Positions 56,041 through 64,000 of a stretch of DNA of 64,000 nucleotides are shown here, piece by piece (within the stretch, counting starts at the first letter, position 1; each line of letters begins with the position of its first letter). The DNA is taken from NCBI GenBank assembly GCA_036261255.1, contig DATALD010000073.1:12653-76652 (forward strand). Direction: 5' to 3'. Made by a program: the position numbers and the translations under genes. Source of the stretch: Bacteroidales bacterium (GTDB lineage Bacteria > Bacteroidota > Bacteroidia > Bacteroidales > VadinHA17). Under the pieces are notes generated by a model. It had not been told where the DNA came from, made no database searches, and saw only the letters and a list, made by a program, of their open reading frames with translations.

Positions 56041-57030
56041 CTAGTACAGCTTATTTTTTGCCATGAATTCAGCAATCTGAACAGCGTTTGTTGCTGCGCC
56101 TTTGCGGATATTGTCAGACACTACCCATATATTCAGGCATTTTTCTTTTGAATGATCTCTCCTGATCCTTCCAATGAAAACCTCATCCCTGTTATGAGCC
56201 ATTATTGGCATTGGATATTCATTCTTTGAAGGGTTATCATAAACAACAACACCAGGAAAATCAGCAATCAGTTTTGTCGCTTCTGCAATGTCATATTCCT
56301 TTTCGAATTCTATGTTAACGGCCTCGGAATGACCTCCAACAACAGGTATTCTAACAACTGTTGCAGTTACCTGAATACTGTCATCTCCAAGTATTTTTCG
56401 TGTTTCATCAAGAAGCTTCTGTTCTTCTGTTGTGTAATTATCAGGTTGGAACGATCCTCCATGAGGGAAACAGTTCTTATCTATCTGGTAAGCATAGGCC
56501 ATTTCACCTTTAATACCAGCGCGCTCATTCTCCATCTGAGCAACAGCCTTAACACCGGTTCCTGTAACAGACTGGTATGTGGCAACAACGAGTCGCTTGA
56601 TTTTGTATTTTTTATGAAGAGGTGCGAGGGCCATTACCATCTGGATTGTTGAGCAGTTAGGATTGGCAATTATCCTGTCGCCTTTCTTTATTACATTGCT
56701 GTTTATTTCGGGTACAATAAGTGGCACTTCCTTATACATTCTCCAGAATGATGAATTGTCAACAACAACAGTTCCATTTTTTGCAAATTCAGGAGCCCAG
56801 TCCCTTGATGTCGATGCACCAGCCGAAAAAATTGCAAAAACAGGTTTGGCATCTACTGCGTCCTTCACACTAACAACCTTAACAGGTTTACCTTTAAACT
56901 TGATCTCCTTGCCAACTGATTTCTCCGATGCGGCAGGAATTAATTCTGTTACAGGGAAATTTCTTTCTTCAAGCACTTTGATCATTGTCTGGCCAACCAT
57001 ACCTGTGGCCCCTACGACTGCAACTTTCAT
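56041..57030 (-). CDS. asd: Aspartate-semialdehyde dehydrogenase
   Basis: MKVAVVGATGMVGQ...IIANPNCSTIQMV...the catalytic Cys context. Confidence 0.95.
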   Translation of the reverse strand: MKVAVVGATGMVGQTMIKVLEERNFPVTELIPAASEKSVGKEIKFKGKPVKVVSVKDAVDAKPVFAIFSAGASTSRDWAPEFAKNGTVVVDNSSFWRMYKEVPLIVPEINSNVIKKGDRIIANPNCSTIQMVMALAPLHKKYKIKRLVVATYQSVTGTGVKAVAQMENERAGIKGEMAYAYQIDKNCFPHGGSFQPDNYTTEEQKLLDETRKILGDDSIQVTATVVRIPVVGGHSEAVNIEFEKEYDIAEATKLIADFPGVVVYDNPSKNEYPMPIMAHNRDEVFIGRIRRDHSKEKCLNIWVVSDNIRKGAATNAVQIAEFMAKNKLY

Positions 57031-57163
57031 TTTTCTTTCTGTTTTAAGTGTTTAATATAATGGTTTAAAGGTTAAATTTTGTTTTAATTTATAAATTCTT
57101 TTAAATTTACTTTTAAAGTTAAGCCGTCAAAATTAACTTTTTTTTCAATTCATCGCTCGCTGC

Positions 57164-59770
57164 ATGAAAAAAGTTATTTTGTTCGTAATGATGATGCCTT
57201 ATGTTGCATCGGCTCAGGTATTTGTTGATTTTGAATCAGGCGTCCTTAACGGGTGGATACAATCACCCCCCGAAAGATGGCATATTGATTCTGTTCAGCC
57301 CCTATCAGGCAGGTTCTCCCTGCATCATTGTTATGACAACTTAACTAATGGGAACGACCTGGCTGGAATTGAGCTGAGAGGGTTACACCCATCAGAGGAT
57401 ACTACCTCATGGTCATTTACACTCAAACATGGTTACGATCCATCTTCATCAAACAACTGGATGGTTTTTTTAATGACCGACAACATGCCATCGCCGGACG
57501 GTGGCTTTGCCGGAGTTAACGGTTACGCAATCGGGGTCAATATTTCAGGTTCTGACGATTCATTGCGATTAGTGAAGTTCAGGGATGGTGTGATTTCATT
57601 AGTTTGCGCTACGGGTGTGAACTGGCAATCAGCGATTAATTCAGGATCTGCTGATGTATCAATAACCAGAACACCATCAGGCTTATGGCGGGTTGCCGTA
57701 TCAAATAATACTGGCATATTGAGCCGATCAAAAGTAAGGAACGAACCTGAACTATTCGAACCTTCTTTTTTTACTATTGTTTACAGGTATTCCTCAACAA
57801 AAGACAGGCTTTTATGGCTCGATGATATCTCAATAATGGGATCGTTCTATGAAGATAAACAGTGCCCTGAATTATCTCAATACTCTGCTGTTGGGAGAAA
57901 CAAGATAAGAGTTTCCTTTAGCGAACCTGTCTCTGAGGAAAGTATGCAGCCTGGCAATTTAATCCTTAATGATAAATATATCCCAACGTCAATTAAACAG
58001 ATTAACCCGCTTTCCTTTTTACTTGTTTTCACAGACCAATTTAATAACAAAGAAATCAATACTTTAATTATTAAAAACATCTGCGACATGCCAGGCAATT
58101 GTTTTGACTCAATTAAAGTTAGTTTTACACCAGTCTGGGCTGAAATTGGTGATATTGTAATTACTGAAATCATGGCAGATCCTGATCCCGTAGTTTCATT
58201 GCCAAATGCTGAATATATAGAAATTGTGAACAGAACCAACTTTGAAATAAACCTTTCGAAATGGAAGCTCACAGCAGGAGGCAAAGAATGTATCTTCACT
58301 GAAATGATTATCGGTGCAAGAGAAACAATGGCCCTGTGTGATGAAGATGATATTGGTTATTTTGATAAATTTGGAAGGGTTATTGGCGTGGAGAACTTCC
58401 CATCCTTTGATAATAAAGGCGCTATAGTTGCTATTTCTGATAGTTCAGGAAACTTTATTCACGGGGTTGAGTACTCAGCAACCTGGTATAATAATTCTTT
58501 AAAAGACGATGGGGGATGGTCGCTTGAGATGAAGAACACCGATAGCCCTTTTTCATTTGAAAGTAACTGGACAGCCTCAATATCAAATACAGGTGGAACA
58601 CCCGGATTGAAAAATTCAGCCGCAAATGATTATCAGGATTTGTCCTTCTCAGGACTCCTTAATGTCTGCCCTCTTGACAGTTCATCAGTTTTCGTAAGAT
58701 TTTCAGAACCAGTTCCTTGCCTGAATAATTACACAGGCGGTATAAGTATTGATGGACAAAGCATACAATCAATTCATCCGGTTGATATTCTCCTGAGGTC
58801 ATTTATTGCTATTCCGCGAAATCAACTTGAAACAAAGAAGGAGTATACACTAAATTTAGATGGCACGATAAAAGATTTTTCCGGAAATATGCCCTGGCGA
58901 AGAAGTTTTATGTTTGGAATTACTACCACAGTTACGAAAGGAGATCTTTTATTCAATGAGCTGTTGTTTAATCCTTACCCAGACGATCCGGATTATATAG
59001 AATTTTTCAATACATCAGGATATGTACTTGATGCATCAGAGTTGCAGGTGGTATCTGTAAGTGCCGATTCAGACACTTCGGCTCTTTATTTGCTTTCAGA
59101 GGAAAACAGGTGTATAATGCCGGGAGCTTTCTTCGTCATCACAGCTGACATCAGCAAGGTAGGTCAAAGATATCAAGCCTCGTGTTCAGATTTTCTTTTT
59201 GAGCGAAGCTTGCCTTCAATGCCCGATGAAGAGGGTCACCTCATTCTTTTAAACAGGAGCCTCGATAAGATTGATGAGGTTTTTTACAGCGATGATATGC
59301 ATTATTCGCTACTATCAGGCACAGAAGGTATTTCACTTGAGAAAATGAGTCCGGGTTATGATTCAGCAATCCGAGGAAATTGGTCATCGGCATCTGGAAA
59401 CATAGGGTGGGGTACCCCAGGAGCTCCAAATTCGGCTCATGCGGATACTCTTATTTCCGGCCAGCAGGTAGAACTATCGTCGACAAGAATTACACCCGAT
59501 AGTGATGGGTCTGAGGACCTGCTTATGATTAATATAAAAGCACAAGGTCTTGAAAATGTTATATCTGTAACGGTTTTTGATGATATGGGAAGGCATATAA
59601 AACGAATAGCTTCTAACCTTCTTTCCGGACCAGAATCGAATCTGTTTTGGGATGGTACATCAGATGATGGCTCGGTAGTGAGGACAGGAATTTATATTGT
59701 TTTTATTGAGATGTTCGACGAAACCGGGAGAAAACAACGATGGAAAAAGGTATGCAGTGTTATCAGGTAA
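57164..59770 (+). CDS. Secreted protein with two lamin-tail-domain (LTD)-like modules and a FlgD-Ig-like C-terminus
   Basis: Signal peptide. IVITEIMADPDP...AEYIEIVNRTNFEINLSKWKL and LLFNELLFNPYPDDPDYIEFFNTSGYVL. The C-terminus reads ITPDSDGSEDLLMINIK...VTVFDDMGRHIKRI...LFWDGTSDDGSVVRTGIYIV. Confidence 0.7.
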   Translation: MKKVILFVMMMPYVASAQVFVDFESGVLNGWIQSPPERWHIDSVQPLSGRFSLHHCYDNLTNGNDLAGIELRGLHPSEDTTSWSFTLKHGYDPSSSNNWMVFLMTDNMPSPDGGFAGVNGYAIGVNISGSDDSLRLVKFRDGVISLVCATGVNWQSAINSGSADVSITRTPSGLWRVAVSNNTGILSRSKVRNEPELFEPSFFTIVYRYSSTKDRLLWLDDISIMGSFYEDKQCPELSQYSAVGRNKIRVSFSEPVSEESMQPGNLILNDKYIPTSIKQINPLSFLLVFTDQFNNKEINTLIIKNICDMPGNCFDSIKVSFTPVWAEIGDIVITEIMADPDPVVSLPNAEYIEIVNRTNFEINLSKWKLTAGGKECIFTEMIIGARETMALCDEDDIGYFDKFGRVIGVENFPSFDNKGAIVAISDSSGNFIHGVEYSATWYNNSLKDDGGWSLEMKNTDSPFSFESNWTASISNTGGTPGLKNSAANDYQDLSFSGLLNVCPLDSSSVFVRFSEPVPCLNNYTGGISIDGQSIQSIHPVDILLRSFIAIPRNQLETKKEYTLNLDGTIKDFSGNMPWRRSFMFGITTTVTKGDLLFNELLFNPYPDDPDYIEFFNTSGYVLDASELQVVSVSADSDTSALYLLSEENRCIMPGAFFVITADISKVGQRYQASCSDFLFERSLPSMPDEEGHLILLNRSLDKIDEVFYSDDMHYSLLSGTEGISLEKMSPGYDSAIRGNWSSASGNIGWGTPGAPNSAHADTLISGQQVELSSTRITPDSDGSEDLLMINIKAQGLENVISVTVFDDMGRHIKRIASNLLSGPESNLFWDGTSDDGSVVRTGIYIVFIEMFDETGRKQRWKKVCSVIR

Positions 59771-59844
59771 TGTTTAAAAAGATAAATTAGCAGCAGTATT
59801 AATATTTAATATACATTGTCAATTAAACTAAAAAATCGGTAACT

Positions 59845-60276
59845 ATGAAAAGAGTTTTTGCAGGAATGTTTTTATTAATCGGTATTTCAGTGATGATTAT
59901 GGGACAGACCGCTGATGAGAAAGATGTAGCCACAAAAGTTGACGAAATTCGTCTTGCTATTGTAAATGCAGATAAAAATGCACTTGATGCAGTAACGGCA
60001 AATGAACTGGTTTATGCTCACTCAAGTGGCAGAGTACAGGACAAAGCAGAGTTTATAAAAGAAATACTTGACCCCAATGCAATTGACTATACCACTGTTA
60101 CAATTACAGACCAGACAATAAAGATTATTGGTAATACAGCTGTTGTTCGTCATATCTATTCAGCTGAAACATTAACAAACGGGAAACCCGGCAGCCTTAA
60201 AATCGGTAATATGATGGTTCTGCAAAAACAAAACGGAACCTGGAAGCTTATTGCAAGGCAGGCATATAAACTATAA
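59845..60276 (+). CDS. NTF2-like (DUF4440/SnoaL-like) secreted protein
   Basis: Signal peptide and a ~120-aa cone-fold-like pattern (LVYAHSSGRVQDKAEFI...GTWKLIARQAY). Confidence 0.6.
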   Translation: MKRVFAGMFLLIGISVMIMGQTADEKDVATKVDEIRLAIVNADKNALDAVTANELVYAHSSGRVQDKAEFIKEILDPNAIDYTTVTITDQTIKIIGNTAVVRHIYSAETLTNGKPGSLKIGNMMVLQKQNGTWKLIARQAYKL

Positions 60277-60289
60277 TATCCAATAAATG

Positions 60290-61099
60290 TCAAATTGACG
60301 CAATCAGTTCAGTCATGATGACGGACATCAACTTTTCGGTTTTTTCCGCTTCCTGCTGAACTGATTCGTGTGTCACATATTCAATTTTGCCCTCCACCCC
60401 GAGGTCAGTAATGACACTTACAGCAAAGCATGGTAGTCCTATATGCCTTGCTACAATGACCTCCTGCGTAGTTGACATCCCGACAGCATCAGCTCCAATT
60501 ATCCTGAAGTACCTGTATTCGGCAGGTGTTTCGAATGTCGGTCCAGATGTTGACAAATATACTCCTGTGTGAACTTTAATATTATGTTTTTGTGCAATGA
60601 GCAGGGCCTTATTAATCAGGTATTTGTCATAAGCTTCACTCATATCAGGGAACCTTGGTCCGATGCGCTCATCATTTCTTCCGATGAGTGGATTCGGAAG
60701 AAGGTTAATATGATCTGTAACAATCATTATATCTCCTATTGAGAACTCCGGGTTTAATCCTCCTGAAGCATTTGATAAGAAGAGACATTTAATTCCAAGA
60801 TATTTCATCACCCTTATCGGGAAAGCAATTTTCTCTATCCCATATCCTTCATAAGTATGGAATCTGCCCTTCATTGCAACAATTTTCTTATTACCAAAAA
60901 CTCCGAATATCAGTTTCCCTTCATGTCCATCAACAGTTGAAACAGGGAAATTTGGGATATCTTCATAACTTATTTCTACACTTATTTCAATTTTTGATGT
61001 CAACCCACCAAGTCCGGTGCCAAGAATTAAACCTGCATAAGGATCCTTGATCCCTTTCCCATTAAGAAAATCAACTGTTTCTTTTATTTTTTCTAACAT
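60290..61099 (-). CDS. Purine nucleoside phosphorylase (trimeric PNP/MTAP family)
   Basis: LILGTGLGGL...GHEGKLIFG...MKGRFHTYEGY...SNASGGLNP...GPRFPDMS...GPTFETPAE...GADAVGMST. Confidence 0.9.
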   Translation of the reverse strand: MLEKIKETVDFLNGKGIKDPYAGLILGTGLGGLTSKIEISVEISYEDIPNFPVSTVDGHEGKLIFGVFGNKKIVAMKGRFHTYEGYGIEKIAFPIRVMKYLGIKCLFLSNASGGLNPEFSIGDIMIVTDHINLLPNPLIGRNDERIGPRFPDMSEAYDKYLINKALLIAQKHNIKVHTGVYLSTSGPTFETPAEYRYFRIIGADAVGMSTTQEVIVARHIGLPCFAVSVITDLGVEGKIEYVTHESVQQEAEKTEKLMSVIMTELIASI

Positions 61100-62147
61100 A
61101 ATCTAAAATCTGTTTATCGAACTGAATATTGTCGTCATTAAGGAACTCTATCCCAATTGGTATATAATAAAATGCCTTCTTCAATTCTTCAGGAATATCA
61201 GTAAGTTCTCTGAGCCTGATCATATCTTTTTCGGTGGTAATAAGGTACCTGTCAGATGTTTTTAGCTCATTCAGCGCTTTCCCAAATGCCGGAATGTCAG
61301 AGGCTGCAAAGTTATAATGATCGGGATAAGAAAGATGTTTTACCTCGGAAAAAGTTCTTTGAAGATGCCTAAGCAATGGTTTTGGATTAGCAATACCAGT
61401 AACCAGCACAGCACCGTTTCCCTGGAATGAGTTCCATTCCAGTTCAAGGTTAGCATTGCCGAAAACAGGCATTGGATTTTTGTATTTCAGGCTTGTGAAG
61501 AAAACATTCTGATAAGACAATCGACCTATTTTATCAAGGTCAAGCCTTCTCTGAACAGGATTAAGATCAGGCGGTGTTTTTGTAACAATTATTATATCTG
61601 CTCTTCTTATATTGTGCCTGTATTCCCTAAGGCTTCCGAAGGGGATCATGTGATCTTCATTTACAGGTCTCTCAAAATCGATAAGGAGTATTGATAAACC
61701 GGCAGTTAGTTTCCTGTGTTGAAAACCATCGTCAAGAATAATAACCTCCGTTCCTGGTCTGTTCCGGATTATCATATTAATTCCGTTAACACGGTTCTTA
61801 TCAACGGCAATTGTTATTCCTGGAAGCTTTTTAAGCATTTGCAGAGGTTCATCGCCAATATCTCTGACAGTTGAACTTTCCTGACCGATGATAAAATTAC
61901 TAGTCTCTCGTTTGTATCCCCTGCTGAGAACAGCAACCTTGAAATCATTCGAGAGAAGCTTTGCAAGATATTCTGTATGAGGAGTTTTTCCTGTGCCTCC
62001 GATTGTGATGTTACCGATACATATTACAGGAATATCAAATTCGATTGATTTCAATATTCCTGTATTATACAGGAAATTTCTTGTGCCGGTAATTATTCCA
62101 TAACCAACCGCCAGAGGATAGAGTAGGATGTTCCTGTTATCGAACAT
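61071..62147 (-). CDS. lpxK: Tetraacyldisaccharide 4'-kinase
   Basis: VICIGNITIGGTGKTPHTEYLAKLL...VAVLSRGYKR...ILDDGFQH. 29-bp overlap with the PNP gene. Confidence 0.9.
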   Translation of the reverse strand: MFDNRNILLYPLAVGYGIITGTRNFLYNTGILKSIEFDIPVICIGNITIGGTGKTPHTEYLAKLLSNDFKVAVLSRGYKRETSNFIIGQESSTVRDIGDEPLQMLKKLPGITIAVDKNRVNGINMIIRNRPGTEVIILDDGFQHRKLTAGLSILLIDFERPVNEDHMIPFGSLREYRHNIRRADIIIVTKTPPDLNPVQRRLDLDKIGRLSYQNVFFTSLKYKNPMPVFGNANLELEWNSFQGNGAVLVTGIANPKPLLRHLQRTFSEVKHLSYPDHYNFAASDIPAFGKALNELKTSDRYLITTEKDMIRLRELTDIPEELKKAFYYIPIGIEFLNDDNIQFDKQILDYVRKNKRNS

Positions 62148-62163
62148 GATTTTTATTCAATCA

Positions 62164-63930
62164 TCAATGTATTTCGAGATAGTATGGTAACCTGACCTGT
62201 ATACCATTCAACTCTTTTACTTCCCTGATGATATTAAGATACTTTACATTTTCACCAAGTTCTTTTTTAAAAATACTCATCTTAACATCTCCGCTTAATT
62301 GGCTTAGCAATTTCAGATAAGGATCCTCTTCAACAGGTAATTCTCTAATCGTATAATCCTCTAACCCGGCAATTTCAACAGCACCGGCAATTGCTTTTTC
62401 AATGCCACCTATCTCATCGACGAGGCCGATCTCAAGAGCATTTTCACCACTCCAGACTCTTCCCTGCCCAATACTGTCCACATCAGCGAATTTCATTTTC
62501 CTCCCTGCAGCCACTTTACCAACGAACTCACTATATACATTTTCAACGTTCTTCTGCATTATTTCTTTTTCGCGCGAATTCATCGGCCTGAAAAGAGATG
62601 GAAAGTCAGAGTTGCTGTTTGTGTTGACAACTTCTGTTTTAAGCCCAAGCTTATCTTCCATTAATTTCCTTCCATTGGGGACAAGTCCAAACACCCCAAT
62701 GGATCCTGAGATTGTTGTTGGATCAGCGTATATTTTAGTTGCCGGAGCTGAAATGTAATAGCCTCCTGAAGCTGCATAATTACCCATCGATACGATAACA
62801 GGTTTTACTTGTGCAGCAAGCTCAAGTTCTCTCCATATAATATCAGCTGCAACTGCATTTCCACCAGGTGAGTTAACACGAAGAACAATAGCTTTAACAT
62901 TTGAATCTTCACGTTCCTTCCTTATCAGATCAGCATATTTGTTTCCCCCAATATTTGTTTCATTACCATTCCCCATCACTATATTTCCTTTAGCATAAAT
63001 GACCGACAGCTTGTTCTTTGAGATATCCTGTTTCCTGTCGGGTATCCTACTGTATTTTGTCATAGACACAGTTTTCAGTTTGTCGTCTGTGCCGATGCCT
63101 GAAAGGCTTTTTAATGTATCAATCAGAACATCGCGGTACATTAATCCGTCTACAAGTCCATTTTCGAGGGCATCTGATGCAAGTGTAGCATCGAGGTTAT
63201 CGGCAATACTGTTGAGTTTTTCGGAGGATATATTGCGGGCTGTGGATATGTTCTCAACAATATGGTTCCAGATTGATCCGGCGTAAGCTTTAATCTGTGC
63301 TTTGTTCTCTTCGCTCAGCTTGTTCATAATAAACGGCTCAACAGCGCCTTTGAATTTTCCATGCCTTGTTACCTGTACCTCAACACCGATTTTTTCAAGC
63401 GCATCTTTATAGAAGAGAACTTCACTGCTTAGACCTTTAAAATCAAGCATCGATCCGGGGTTGATGAAGATCATATCAGCAGCTGTTGATAGGTAATAGC
63501 TTTCCTGCGTGAGGTCGTAATCTGAGTATGAAATAACAAATTTTCCTGATTCTCTGAATTTTATAAGGGCATTCCTGATTTCTTCAGTTGTTGCCCATCC
63601 GGTGCTTAGCAAGCCGTTCTCAATAAGTATGCCTTTTATTTTTTCGTCATCAGCAGCTTTCTGAATGTTTTTCAGAATCTCATTTAATCCTGCAACAGAG
63701 GTTAGCTCCATATTTATAACATCAATACCGGCCAGAGGGTTCTTTGATCCTTTATCCGGAATTGAAATTCCTGACTTCAATACAAGTATAGTGTTGTCGC
63801 TGATAGTTACAGGCTTATCACCAGATGCTACAATAGCGGCAAGGGATCCGATCATTATAAAAAAAAGCAGAATGGATGCAATAATGATCCCAGTAATTGT
63901 TGCGAGTGTATACTTAAGAAACTCTTTCAT
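62164..63930 (-). CDS. sppA: Signal peptide peptidase SppA, 67K type
   Basis: N-terminal TM and duplicated ClpP/crotonase-like halves (VLRVNSPGGNAVAAD...MGNYAASGGYYIS). Confidence 0.9.
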   Translation of the reverse strand: MKEFLKYTLATITGIIIASILLFFIMIGSLAAIVASGDKPVTISDNTILVLKSGISIPDKGSKNPLAGIDVINMELTSVAGLNEILKNIQKAADDEKIKGILIENGLLSTGWATTEEIRNALIKFRESGKFVISYSDYDLTQESYYLSTAADMIFINPGSMLDFKGLSSEVLFYKDALEKIGVEVQVTRHGKFKGAVEPFIMNKLSEENKAQIKAYAGSIWNHIVENISTARNISSEKLNSIADNLDATLASDALENGLVDGLMYRDVLIDTLKSLSGIGTDDKLKTVSMTKYSRIPDRKQDISKNKLSVIYAKGNIVMGNGNETNIGGNKYADLIRKEREDSNVKAIVLRVNSPGGNAVAADIIWRELELAAQVKPVIVSMGNYAASGGYYISAPATKIYADPTTISGSIGVFGLVPNGRKLMEDKLGLKTEVVNTNSNSDFPSLFRPMNSREKEIMQKNVENVYSEFVGKVAAGRKMKFADVDSIGQGRVWSGENALEIGLVDEIGGIEKAIAGAVEIAGLEDYTIRELPVEEDPYLKLLSQLSGDVKMSIFKKELGENVKYLNIIREVKELNGIQVRLPYYLEIH

Positions 63931-64000
63931 ATTAATACATATTATCTAATGAAATTTAAATATATGAAAACAATTTGACTTGTAATGTTATTATATGTAT

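Overview
This is an AT-rich, Bacteroidota-type chromosomal segment. The markers are a T9SS C-terminal sorting domain, an ECF-sigma/FecR pair, TAnnTTTG-like promoter boxes, lpxK and TonB. I call about 48 protein genes and one tRNA-Ala(GGC). Most of the window is housekeeping: partial dxs, the rplM-rpsI-rpsB-tsf-pyrH-frr block, purD, gltB-gltD, hflX, asd and PNP-lpxK-sppA. I saw no CRISPR array, cas genes, transposase, integrase or phage genes. The stand-out is a tight six-gene plus-strand operon at 33.7-46.4 kb. It encodes three ~175-aa secreted pilin-like paralogs with spore-coat-U/Csu (DUF4402-like) hallmarks and a PapD-like chaperone. It also encodes a 1217-aa usher-like outer-membrane protein with a CarboxypepD_reg-like module and two C-terminal SPOR domains. 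Embedded among them, and translationally coupled, is a 2143-aa mosaic surface protein that ends in a T9SS sorting domain. It carries twin glycine-rich modules, DUF2341/LamG and Ig-like repeats. Together this looks like an uncharacterised archaic chaperone-usher fibre locus combined with a T9SS cargo, in a phylum whose characterised pili are type V. Secondary observations are listed as findings. They include an ECF/anti-sigma module whose partners have the STN and CarboxypepD_reg domains but no TonB barrel, an orphan intrinsic terminator in the gltB leader, inverted arrays of an 8-bp repeat behind gltD, a G-quadruplex motif, a (TTCA)n microsatellite, and a promoter/hairpin/terminator arrangement in the gap next to the tRNA. 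All family assignments rest on motif recognition by eye. No searches were run.
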